This document shows positions 1 to 8,871 of a stretch of DNA of 25,960 nucleotides, piece by piece. The DNA comes from Candidatus Parcubacteria bacterium (GTDB taxonomy: Bacteria; Patescibacteriota; Minisyncoccia; Phycocordibacterales; CAIZLB01). The first letter of the stretch is position 1, and every line of letters begins with the position of its first letter. The notes beneath the pieces are model-generated. The model ran no database searches, was not told the DNA's origin, and saw only the letters and a list, made by a program, of their open reading frames with translations. Position numbers and translations under genes: made by a program. The stretch lies in assembly GCA_043736035.1 (NCBI GenBank), contig JAYTDF010000039.1, positions 1 to 25,960 on the forward strand. Direction: 5' to 3'.

Positions 1-342
1 GATTTATCAGCAAAATCATCTGATATATATGCAATTATTAGAGGTAAGGAGTATAAAATATTTACTTTTTCAGGTGATGATTTTCACAAACTTCTTAAAG
101 CTGAGTATTCTTTAGAAAAATATAAAGTTCCATTGCTTGCCCTTGATGCCATAAGTGGAACTTGGATTGGAAATAGATATGTATTTTATATTTTACAAAA
201 ATCAAACACTATTACAAAGGAAGTTATATACGAAATATATAGAGCAGAATACCCTACCGATGATCTCAGTAAATTAAAGTTTTATTTAATAAAAGCAGTA
301 GATGAATCTGATGTGAACGGAAGTTTTGAGGTAAAGTATTAA
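1..342 (+). CDS. Hypothetical protein, 5'-truncated by the window edge
   Basis: Frame 1 is open from base 1 (DLSAKSSDIY...) to TAA at 340-342, so the 133 start in the ORF track is internal. No recognisable motif. Confidence 0.6.
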   Translation, partial: DLSAKSSDIYAIIRGKEYKIFTFSGDDFHKLLKAEYSLEKYKVPLLALDAISGTWIGNRYVFYILQKSNTITKEVIYEIYRAEYPTDDLSKLKFYLIKAVDESDVNGSFEVKY

Positions 343-794
343 AAAAGTGAGTCAACTGCATTTTTAACATCCATACCCTCAGCTTTTCCTTTGAGATCTT
401 TCATGATTTCAGCCATTAATTTTCCTTTGTCTTTTACATCCTCGATGCCTAGTTCTACTTTTTTAGCTTCTACTATTTTTTTCACATCGTCTACTGACAT
501 CATTTGAGGTAAATATACTTCAAGATATGCAAGTTCAGCTTTTTCGTCAGACGCTAAATCTTCTCTTCCTCCAGCTGTAAATTGTTCAATAGAGTCTTTT
601 CTTTGTTTTACTGATCGTCTAATAAGAGCCAATACTTCTTCATCGGTTAATTCTCCTTGAGGTGTTCTTCCCTTGTCTACAAGGTCATTTGTGATCATAG
701 ATGAAAGACCGCGAAGAACTGTGAGTTTTACAGTGTCTTTGGCCATCATGGCTTCTTTGATTTGATTTTTGATTTGTTGTTGTAGAGTTTCCAT
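339..794 (-). CDS. yqeY: GatB/YqeY domain protein
   Basis: 151 aa with the typical YqeY pattern: L.qqI...ikeAMkakD..kl..lR, KQRKDSIEQF..GGREDLA..E..E...L..YLPQ.MS. Confidence 0.9.
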   Translation of the reverse strand: METLQQQIKNQIKEAMMAKDTVKLTVLRGLSSMITNDLVDKGRTPQGELTDEEVLALIRRSVKQRKDSIEQFTAGGREDLASDEKAELAYLEVYLPQMMSVDDVKKIVEAKKVELGIEDVKDKGKLMAEIMKDLKGKAEGMDVKNAVDSLF

Positions 795-832
795 ATAGTT
801 GATTATATATGAGTTTGGGGTTTTGAGCGAAT

Positions 833-861
833 TTGACTTTAGTTGGTTTTGGTTTTAGTAT
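833..861 (+). promoter_or_regulatory. sigma70-like promoter for the Zn-ribbon gene
   Basis: TTGACT (833-838), 17-nt spacer, TAGTAT (856-861). In-frame ATG at 872. Confidence 0.5.
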
Positions 862-871
862 TATGGATGTT

Positions 872-1411
872 ATGAACTCTCACCACCTCAGATCAGAACA
901 ACCATTGTTTCGTATAGCATTTTTTCCTAAACCATTAACTCACAACGCATTACACAGGCACCCAATCTTTCGCTGGCATAAGCACATGAGATATGTACGC
1001 GAAGAACCTGTTATATCAGAAAATGATATATATGGGGTAAAATACACAGACACCCGAACCAACACTATCTTCATAGACAGAGAGTCTGCTGAAAAGTATC
1101 TTGACAAAGTTATCCCTAAACCATCATACGATGGCGAACTATATGTCGAAAAACAAAGAGATATTTTTGTGGACATCATCTGCGGACACTGTGGACATGT
1201 TGCATATGAAAAAAAAGAAGTTGTTTTTCTTGGGCCGTTTAATACTGTTTTGCATGAAATTACAACAAAAACAAATATTAAATGTCCTAGCTGTAATAAA
1301 TCGATCTGCGTCGACGTCAGCACTGAAAAAAATATAAACATGGAGCCTGATCAAGATTGTGAATGGCTTGTACGTCCACTCTCAAATGATGTCAGAACTA
1401 AGAACAGATAG
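872..1411 (+). CDS. Hypothetical protein with C-terminal zinc-ribbon (CxxC...CxxC)
   Basis: CGHC and CPSC pairs about 30 aa apart. Has its own promoter and terminator. Start moved from TTG 833 (which is the -35 box) to ATG 872. Confidence 0.6.
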   Translation: MNSHHLRSEQPLFRIAFFPKPLTHNALHRHPIFRWHKHMRYVREEPVISENDIYGVKYTDTRTNTIFIDRESAEKYLDKVIPKPSYDGELYVEKQRDIFVDIICGHCGHVAYEKKEVVFLGPFNTVLHEITTKTNIKCPSCNKSICVDVSTEKNINMEPDQDCEWLVRPLSNDVRTKNR

Positions 1412-1422
1412 AAAACAAAACT

Positions 1423-1457
1423 CCGGACTCGTATTGATACGAACTCCGGTTTTTTTT
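1423..1457 (+). terminator. Rho-independent terminator
   Basis: CCGGA-C-TCGTA-ttga-TACGA-AC-TCCGG followed by 8 T, 11 nt after the TAG at 1411. Confidence 0.7.
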
Positions 1458-1477
1458 AATAACGACGTAGAGTGAGA

Positions 1478-1627
1478 GAAACAAAAGTTTTTTACTTTTG
1501 TTTCCGAAGCGAGGAGTTAACAGGTCAATACCTCAGAGCTCTGCTCCGGCACATGGACAAACAAAGTTTGTTCCATGTGATACCCAGATGCGTAGCACTC
1601 GGGGAGGCATTCATTTACAGCGTATCT
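1478..1627. repeat. Cluster of inverted repeats between convergent genes (REP/MITE-like or structured RNA)
   Basis: Perfect 11-bp stem GAAACAAAAGT/ACTTTTGTTTC (1478-1504); 13-bp stem with one bulge (1550-1579); further short stems at 1511-1534, 1536-1546 and 1586-1627. Confidence 0.5.
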
Positions 1628-2117
1628 ACACCCCCTCACTAAACCCACCCCTCAATCTCATATCCATCAATACATGCTCTTGATCACCATAATAATCAGG
1701 TAACACCGCTCTAATCTTAAACCCTAATTCCTCGTACATCTCTCTCGACTGCCAATGTGTCCCTGTCTCAAGCTTGATAACATGACATTCTTTTTTACGA
1801 GCATCTTGAATAATATGCTTTATCAGATCCCTGCCCAAGTCTTCAATATTTTCCAACTTTTTAAACACAACTGACTCAATAGTTGCTACACCCATATTTG
1901 TCTCCAGGACCGCATAGCCAACAATCTTTTTATCAAATTGGTTTCGCACCACAAAAATAAATCTTTTTTTAGAATATAGTCGAGTTACCTCACCAAAGTG
2001 TTCGGTATCAACCATATCCCACTCTGTAGTCAAAAATTCTTTCAATATTTTAGGATATTTTTGTAAATCAAATTCTTGTATGGTTACATCACCATTGTCT
2101 TCGTTGTCTTTATTCAT
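1626..2117 (-). CDS. GNAT family N-acetyltransferase (RimI-like)
   Basis: GNAT pattern IVGYAVL...G.dLikhii..Ar...chvIkLeT......remYEELGFKIRAVLPDYY. Confidence 0.8.
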   Translation of the reverse strand: MNKDNEDNGDVTIQEFDLQKYPKILKEFLTTEWDMVDTEHFGEVTRLYSKKRFIFVVRNQFDKKIVGYAVLETNMGVATIESVVFKKLENIEDLGRDLIKHIIQDARKKECHVIKLETGTHWQSREMYEELGFKIRAVLPDYYGDQEHVLMDMRLRGGFSEGV

Positions 2118-2125
2118 GATTTGTA

Positions 2126-4567
2126 TTATATAACAAAACTAATAATTTTACCTTTAATATAAATTGTTTTTTTGACAATCTTACCCTCTAGATGATTTTT
2201 CACTATCAGTTTTGCCTCATCTAATATCTCAGCTTCTGTTTTTTTAGTATCAATCTCAATAGCCCCTCTCAACTTGCCATTTATTTGAATACCAATTTTC
2301 ACACTATCTTCAACTATTTTCTTCTCATCATACACAGGCCATTGAGCAATGTTTATAGAATTTTTATTTTTAAATACAGTCCAAATCTCATCAGAGATGT
2401 GTGGAGCAAAAGGTGTAAGTAATTTTATAAAATCAAAAAAGTCTTTTTGATTAATCTCTTTTTTATTTTGAATTACCTCCTCAAAATCATTTAACAAAAT
2501 CATCAGAGATGACACAGCAGTGTTAAATGCAAAGCCGTCAATATCATCTGTTACCTTTTTTATAGTTTTATGAATTTTTGAAATAAGTTGAGTATCAGTT
2601 TTTATTTTTTTATTCTTTTTATTTTGCTCTACAATTACTTGCGACAGTCTCCACACCCTATCAATAAATCTTCGTGTTCCAATAATCCCATCAGTTGACC
2701 ATGGAAGTTGAGAGTCAAAGGGTCCTAGGAACATTTCATACATTCTAAATGCATCAGCGCCGTATGTGTTTATACTATCATCTGGATTTACAACATTTCC
2801 TCGAGACTTACTCATTTTTTGATTATCATCTCCTAAAATCATTCCTTGATTTCGTAATGCCTTAAATGGCTCTTCGGTTACTGTTAGACCTATGTCATAT
2901 AAAAATTTGTGCCAAAATCGTGAGTACAGAAGATGTCCTGTTGTATGTTCGCGTCCTCCTATATACATGTCTACTTGTTGCCAATAGTCTATAGCTTTTT
3001 TTGATACCGGTGCAGTTTTACATTGTGCATCCATATATCTCAAAAAGTACCATGATGATCCTGCCCATCCTGGCATTGTGTTTGTTTCATAACCTTCTTT
3101 TACCCAAGACTTGATTCCTGCCAATGGAGATTCACCGCTACCAATCGGTTCGTATGAAGAAACTTTTGGTAATGTTAATGGTAATTCTTTTTCCGTAAGC
3201 GCTGTGATATGACCTTCTTTATCATGTCTTAGTGGTATAGGTTCTCCCCAATACCGTTGACGTGCAAAAACTGCATCACGTATTTTATATTTGAAAACTT
3301 TTTTCAATCCTAATCTCTTTTCTATAGCTTCTGGTTTTTCAATAACAGTTTCATTAGTAGAAATTGAATAAAGCGATGCAAAATCTGCATCTCTCTCATC
3401 CATGTCTGGCACACCCATAACCGCCCCAAAACCATAATCAGATAATACGTAGTTGGTTACAAATATAGGCAACTTTGCTTTTGTATCGGGATGAATCGCA
3501 TACACATCGTCAACAAGAATTCCTCTTTTGGTTTTCATATCCACCTTGCTTCGCTCGGTGTCGTCACCCCCCCAAGCTTTTGTTTGATTTATTATTTTGT
3601 GAAATTTTTCGGAATTTTTTACAATCAATTCATGATCCTTAGAAATAGCCATGAATGTAACTCCAGACAAAGTATCTATTCTTGTTGTGAAAATTTTAAT
3701 ACCTGAAACAGAACCACTCTCACCTTCAAGTTTAAACTCTAATTCATGTCCGAAACTTTTTCCAATCCAATTTTTTTGAACGGTTTTTATTGATTCATCA
3801 AAGTCCACTGTATCCAAACCAGAAATCAATCGATCTGCATAGTCTGTTATACGTAAAAACCATTGACGCATTAATCTTTTAACAACTGGATAGCCACCTC
3901 TTTCACTTTTTCCATCAATGACTTCATCGTTAGCAAGTACAGTACCTAACTCCTCACACCAGTTTACTTCAGAAAAGCCTTCGTAGGCAAGTCTGTATTT
4001 CATAAGTTCTTTATCTTTGTCTGCTTGAGATAAATGGGAAAATTTACCCTCTATATCTGATATAGGTTTAGCTTTTTTAGTCTTATGGTCATAATAATGA
4101 TTATATAGTTTTAAAAATATCCATTGTGTCCATTTATAATAGTCCTCATCGGTTGTATTTATTTTTCTTGACCAATCATATGAAAGACCTATAATACCAA
4201 GCTGTTTTTCAAATGTTTTTATGTTTTTCAGAACTGCTATGCGTGGATGAATCTTGTTTTGTATCGCATATTGTTCTGCTGGTAAACCAAAAGCGTCATA
4301 TCCCATAGGATGCAAAACATTATATCCCTGCATACGCTTGAGTCTGGCATACACATCTGCCGCCACATACCCCCTTGGATGTCCCACATGCAAACCAGCA
4401 CCTGATGGATACGGAAACATAGCCAATACATACATTTTTTTCTTTTTAGAACCAGTTACAGCTTTATATATTCCGTCCTTTTCCCAGTTTTTTTGCCATT
4501 TACCGTCGATCTTCTTATGATTATAAAATTGATCGTCCTGATCTGCTATATTTTTTGCTTGAGCCAT
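2126..4567 (-). CDS. leuS: Leucine--tRNA ligase
   Basis: MFPYPSGAGLHVGH (HIGH motif), KMSKS, GYDAFGLPAEQYA, RQRYWGEPIP, YIGGREH; 813 aa. Confidence 0.98.
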   Translation of the reverse strand: MAQAKNIADQDDQFYNHKKIDGKWQKNWEKDGIYKAVTGSKKKKMYVLAMFPYPSGAGLHVGHPRGYVAADVYARLKRMQGYNVLHPMGYDAFGLPAEQYAIQNKIHPRIAVLKNIKTFEKQLGIIGLSYDWSRKINTTDEDYYKWTQWIFLKLYNHYYDHKTKKAKPISDIEGKFSHLSQADKDKELMKYRLAYEGFSEVNWCEELGTVLANDEVIDGKSERGGYPVVKRLMRQWFLRITDYADRLISGLDTVDFDESIKTVQKNWIGKSFGHELEFKLEGESGSVSGIKIFTTRIDTLSGVTFMAISKDHELIVKNSEKFHKIINQTKAWGGDDTERSKVDMKTKRGILVDDVYAIHPDTKAKLPIFVTNYVLSDYGFGAVMGVPDMDERDADFASLYSISTNETVIEKPEAIEKRLGLKKVFKYKIRDAVFARQRYWGEPIPLRHDKEGHITALTEKELPLTLPKVSSYEPIGSGESPLAGIKSWVKEGYETNTMPGWAGSSWYFLRYMDAQCKTAPVSKKAIDYWQQVDMYIGGREHTTGHLLYSRFWHKFLYDIGLTVTEEPFKALRNQGMILGDDNQKMSKSRGNVVNPDDSINTYGADAFRMYEMFLGPFDSQLPWSTDGIIGTRRFIDRVWRLSQVIVEQNKKNKKIKTDTQLISKIHKTIKKVTDDIDGFAFNTAVSSLMILLNDFEEVIQNKKEINQKDFFDFIKLLTPFAPHISDEIWTVFKNKNSINIAQWPVYDEKKIVEDSVKIGIQINGKLRGAIEIDTKKTEAEILDEAKLIVKNHLEGKIVKKTIYIKGKIISFVI

Positions 4568-4608
4568 ATTATTGTAAATATATCATAAATATGATACTAT
4601 ATGCCAAT

Positions 4609-4863
4609 ATGTCATTAAATGTATCAATCAACAAAAACCAAAGTGAATCCCCTTCATCTGTTCTTCGACGTTTTACTAAAAAAATGCAAGAGTGGGGCGG
4701 ACTAAATAAATCAAGAAGTAAACGATATGCTGAGAGAAGTCTTTCATATTATAAGATGAAAAAAGAAGCTTTAAAGAAAATCAGAAATAACGAGACTCGT
4801 TTAGCTGATATCAAGATGGGAAAATACTTCAACGCAACTCCAACAACAGGTAAAAAGAAATAA
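4609..4863 (+). CDS. rpsU: 30S ribosomal protein bS21
   Basis: ES..SVLRRFTKKMQE.G.L...R.KRY.E.. resembles the bS21 pattern. ATG 4609 preferred because TG-a-TACTAT lies 8 nt upstream; the TTG 4555 start overlaps leuS. Confidence 0.75.
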   Translation: MSLNVSINKNQSESPSSVLRRFTKKMQEWGGLNKSRSKRYAERSLSYYKMKKEALKKIRNNETRLADIKMGKYFNATPTTGKKK

Positions 4864-4871
4864 AGTAACCT

Positions 4872-5285
4872 ATGAGATATATCCTAGATGAACAGAATCT
4901 AAACATATCCTATACAGTCAAGAAAGCACCAAAAATCAATGGTGTTTTTTTGCGTACTGTTAAAAACACGGTTTTAGGCAAAAAATATGAGCTTAGTATT
5001 TATTTTGTTGGACAAGACAAAATTCGTTCAGTTAACAAACAGTATCGAAAAAAAGAGTATGTACCTGACATACTGTCATTTCCATATGAAGATTTTGGTG
5101 AGATGTATATCTGCCTCGACAAAGTTCAGCAGAAAGCAAAATTATTTAACACAACATCAGAAAATTATCTTAATTATCTTTTTGTGCACGGTATGACACA
5201 TCTTTTAGGACACGATCATGGTGACGAAATGGATAAAATAGAAAGGAAATACACAAAAAAACTTAACATTTTCTATCCTTACTAG
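4872..5285 (+). CDS. ybeY: rRNA maturation endoribonuclease YbeY
   Basis: NKQYRKK..VPDILSF and the zinc motif HGMTHLLGHDH. Confidence 0.93.
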   Translation: MRYILDEQNLNISYTVKKAPKINGVFLRTVKNTVLGKKYELSIYFVGQDKIRSVNKQYRKKEYVPDILSFPYEDFGEMYICLDKVQQKAKLFNTTSENYLNYLFVHGMTHLLGHDHGDEMDKIERKYTKKLNIFYPY

Positions 5286-5299
5286 TATACTATACTGTA

Positions 5300-6589
5300 A
5301 TGAAGAAAAATGATTCAGATGTAATAATAATAGAGGTAGCAACAACCATGCTCCGACTGATAATTATTAACAAAGAATCAAATAAAATCATAGCTACTTC
5401 ATGTGTACATATTGATTATATCAAGCGTGGAATTGTTAAAGACGTAGAAGCTTTGACCAAAAGCATTAGAACACTTGTCTCTGATACAAACAAAAATTAT
5501 TTGAACAACATAAAGAAAGTAGTTATCGCACTTTCAGGAGGTGCACTGTCTTCTATTTCCTCATCGGCTGAAATAAAGATAAATAATAAAAATCACGTCG
5601 TAGACGAATCTATAATCGAAGAAATTTTCAGAAGAGTTGAAAATAAAATTCCAGAAAACATCTCCCAAAATAAAAAAATAATCCAGCTTATCCCACAACG
5701 ATACAAGATTGATGGCAAAAGTATAAACACAAGTAAGCCATCAGGACTTTCAGGATCTGTTTTTGAACTTCAAGCACTCTGTATTTTTACTACAAAACAA
5801 CATTTAGAAAATATTCTTCTTGCTTGTGAAGAAAATAATCTTGTGGTAGAAGATGTTATTGTCTCAGAATATGCATACTCAAAAAACCAAGTCAATGAGG
5901 CTGATCGCCTAGCTGGTGTATGTATTGTAAATATCGGAGGTGACACTTCAACGATTATTACTTATGAGGAAAACGTACCAATTCTTCTTGAGGTTATTCC
6001 GCTCGGGTCAGAAGACATTAGTCGTGATCTAGCCCTTGGATTAAAGGTTTCCTTGCAACAAGCTAAAGCAATTAAATTAAACCCTGATACTGAACTTCGC
6101 CGCCTCGCCTCAGAACTCACTGAGGTATTTATAAATCGCAACCGGATGAATGTACGCAAAGACCAGAGAGATAAGGCTTTTTTCCTATCTTTGCAGGAAA
6201 AATATCATGAGATTATTTATGCCCGCATTATCGATATTTTTGAATTGATACAAAAGCATTTGAAAAAGATAGGTCGTGACAGACTGTTACCTGCAGGAAT
6301 AATTATTCATGGAGGAGGATCAATGATGAAAGATATTGATGTTATTTCAAAAGAGATACTACACTTACCTACTCAGGTACGATCAGATAGTGTGTGTAAT
6401 AAAGATTTACTAAAATTCAAGCAAAACCAAAATATCTGTATCGAAAATGGGGATACAATGAGTATCTATGCAACAGGATTATTTTATCTAAATCAAGATG
6501 AAAGCGAATATTACCCCAACAAAAGCCGTTCAGGATTTTCAATGATTTTAAAAAACGTATGGGAATGGCTGAAACAATTTTTGCCTTAG
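5300..6589 (+). CDS. ftsA: Cell division protein FtsA (divergent)
   Basis: Actin-like fold motifs (NIGGDTS, HGGGS), GIVKDVE, directly upstream of ftsZ. Confidence 0.9.
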   Translation: MKKNDSDVIIIEVATTMLRLIIINKESNKIIATSCVHIDYIKRGIVKDVEALTKSIRTLVSDTNKNYLNNIKKVVIALSGGALSSISSSAEIKINNKNHVVDESIIEEIFRRVENKIPENISQNKKIIQLIPQRYKIDGKSINTSKPSGLSGSVFELQALCIFTTKQHLENILLACEENNLVVEDVIVSEYAYSKNQVNEADRLAGVCIVNIGGDTSTIITYEENVPILLEVIPLGSEDISRDLALGLKVSLQQAKAIKLNPDTELRRLASELTEVFINRNRMNVRKDQRDKAFFLSLQEKYHEIIYARIIDIFELIQKHLKKIGRDRLLPAGIIIHGGGSMMKDIDVISKEILHLPTQVRSDSVCNKDLLKFKQNQNICIENGDTMSIYATGLFYLNQDESEYYPNKSRSGFSMILKNVWEWLKQFLP

Positions 6590-6677
6590 TTTTGTTAAAA
6601 ATCACCAAATATCACAACACGAAATACATTCGTCCTCAAATTGGCAACATCCCACTTGCATGATATAATCGTAAATC

Positions 6678-7880
6678 ATGGCACAAATAAAAACAGATAT
6701 ACAAACATTTGCAAGAATAGAGGTAGTTGGGGTTGGTGGATCAGGAAAAAACGCTACAAACCATATGATTAACTCAAAAGTTAAAGGTGTGGACTTTCTA
6801 GCTATCAATACTGATGCACAAGACCTGAACAACTCTTTGGCAACTAAGAAAATTCATATCGGAAAAAACTTGACTAAAGGATTAGGTGCTGGTATGAATC
6901 CAGAGGTGGGTAGAAATGCTGCAGAAGAGACACGAGCTGAGATCCAAGAGGCACTTAAAAATGCAGATATGGTTTTTGTTGCTGGAGGACTTGGAGGAGG
7001 AACAGGAACAGGTGCATCCCCCATCGTTGCAAAGATTGCAAAAGAGATGGGTGCACTTACTATTGGTGTAGTTACAAAACCTTTTATGTTTGAAGGGCAG
7101 AGACGTATGCGTTTAGCAGAAGAAGGTTTAGCTGAATTATCTAAATCAGTTGATGCTCTAGTTGTAGTACCAAATGACAAATTGATGGGCTCTATCTCAA
7201 AAGATACAACGGCAAAAGACGCATTTGCAATGTCTGATGAAGTATTGAAACAGGCAGTTGAGGGTATATCAGAACTGATCACAACTCCAGGAAATGTTGG
7301 CAACATAGACTTTGCAGACATCAGAGCTGTTCTAGAAAATGCTGGATCTGCACTTATGGGTATGGGTACAGCTTCCGGTGAAAACCGCGCAGTTGAAGCA
7401 GCAAAACTTGCAATCTCATCTCCACTTATCGATGTATCCATCCATGGTGCAAAAGGGGTACTCTTCTCTATAGCAGGATCAGATGATCTGACTATGTTTG
7501 AGATATCAGAAGCAGCTCGTGTCATCACTGAATCAGTTGATCCAGATGCAAAAATCATCTTTGGTACTGTGAAAGATGAAAGACTAAAGAAGAATGAAGT
7601 AAGAGTGACTGTTATTGCAGCAAACTTCCCTGACAAGCTAACAGCAGTTCGAAACATTTTTAGAGATAGAGAAAATATGGTAAGTGAATCAGTTTCAAGT
7701 CAAGATGATATGAAAAAAGATAATTCTGGAAAAATATTTAACTCAATTAGTATTAATAAGAAAGAAGAGCCTGAACTTGCTGATGACAACTCAAATATAA
7801 TGAAGCCAGCCGCTCAAGGCGAAGATGAAGATGATTGGTCAGCAGTACCAGCATTTTTAAGACGATCAAAGAATAGATAA
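6678..7880 (+). CDS. ftsZ: Cell division protein FtsZ
   Basis: GVGG, NTDAQDL, GLGAG.NPEVG, tubulin signature GGGTGTG, T7 loop NIDFAD, C-terminal VPAFLRR. Confidence 0.99.
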   Translation: MAQIKTDIQTFARIEVVGVGGSGKNATNHMINSKVKGVDFLAINTDAQDLNNSLATKKIHIGKNLTKGLGAGMNPEVGRNAAEETRAEIQEALKNADMVFVAGGLGGGTGTGASPIVAKIAKEMGALTIGVVTKPFMFEGQRRMRLAEEGLAELSKSVDALVVVPNDKLMGSISKDTTAKDAFAMSDEVLKQAVEGISELITTPGNVGNIDFADIRAVLENAGSALMGMGTASGENRAVEAAKLAISSPLIDVSIHGAKGVLFSIAGSDDLTMFEISEAARVITESVDPDAKIIFGTVKDERLKKNEVRVTVIAANFPDKLTAVRNIFRDRENMVSESVSSQDDMKKDNSGKIFNSISINKKEEPELADDNSNIMKPAAQGEDEDDWSAVPAFLRRSKNR

Positions 7881-7902
7881 TTATTTATATAGTTAAAACA
7901 TA

Positions 7903-7940
7903 AAAACACAGTTTAGAAAATAAATTGTGTTTTAGTTTTA
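7903..7940 (+). terminator. AT-rich hairpin, probable ftsZ terminator
   Basis: 13-bp stem AAAACACAGTTTA/TAAATTGTGTTTT with a GAAAA loop, T-rich tail. Confidence 0.5.
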
Positions 7941-7956
7941 TGATACAATGTAAAAT

Positions 7957-8871
7957 ATGTCACAAGAAAATATGTATGATTTAGTAATCATAGGAGGTGG
8001 ACCTGCCGGTTCTGCCGCCGCAGTATACGCTGCACGAAAAAAAATAAAGTCAGCTATCTTAACACCTGAGTTTGGCGGACAAAGTGTAGTATCTGACGAT
8101 ATACAAAACTGGATTGGAACACCTCATATATCCGGATATGAACTTGGTAAATCTTTGGAGAAACATGTGAAGGAATATCAAGGTGATATTTTGCATATTG
8201 AAAAAGGGTATGTTTCTGAAGTCACACAAAATGAAGATAAAACATTTTCTATAAAAACAAGTAAGGATCTTGTACTGCAAGCAAAAGCAGTTCTTGTAAC
8301 AACAGGAAGTGTACGACGAAAACTTGATGCAATCAATGCCGATACGTTTGAACATAAAGGTGTTACCTATTGTGCATCTTGTGATGGACCAGTTTTTACA
8401 GGGAAAGACGTTGTAGTTATCGGTGGAGGAAATGCCGCTTTTGAATCAGCACTCCAGCTCGCCGCATATTGTAAGTCTGTGAAGATTTTAAATAGAACTG
8501 ACAAATATCGAGCTGACGAGATAACGGTTGATAAAGTTATAAAAAATGAAAAGACTGTGATTATTAATAATGCTATTGTCAACGAAGTTCATGGTGAACA
8601 GTTTGTTAATGGATTAACGTATAACGATACAATAAAGCTTGATGTAGAAGGTATTTTTGTTGAGATTGGGCAAATGCCGAATACTGACTATATAGGGTTT
8701 GTAGACAAGAACCCTGCAGGTAACATTGTAGTTGACCCTCGTACACAGAAAGCTTCTGTAGAGGGCGTGTGGGCTGCTGGAGACTGTACTGATGGGTTGT
8801 ATCATCAGAACAATATCGCTGTTGGCGATGCGGTGAAGGCGCTGGAGAATATCTACGTGTGGCTCAATTAA
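7957..8871 (+). CDS. trxB: Thioredoxin-disulfide reductase (TrxB/AhpF C-terminal type)
   Basis: FAD motif IIGGGPAG, redox CASCDG, NAD(P) motif VIGGGNAA, GVWAAGD. Confidence 0.9.
   Translation: MSQENMYDLVIIGGGPAGSAAAVYAARKKIKSAILTPEFGGQSVVSDDIQNWIGTPHISGYELGKSLEKHVKEYQGDILHIEKGYVSEVTQNEDKTFSIKTSKDLVLQAKAVLVTTGSVRRKLDAINADTFEHKGVTYCASCDGPVFTGKDVVVIGGGNAAFESALQLAAYCKSVKILNRTDKYRADEITVDKVIKNEKTVIINNAIVNEVHGEQFVNGLTYNDTIKLDVEGIFVEIGQMPNTDYIGFVDKNPAGNIVVDPRTQKASVEGVWAAGDCTDGLYHQNNIAVGDAVKALENIYVWLN

Noticed and set aside
4555-4608. Longer 102-aa start for rpsU
   Set aside because: It overlaps the leuS start and spans the divergent promoter region.
6854-7657. 267-aa minus-strand ORF, plus similar shadow ORFs (e.g. 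940-1341, 9923-10375, 12273-12686, 16346-16789)
   Set aside because: They lie antisense to confidently identified genes and lack motifs; expected from codon bias.
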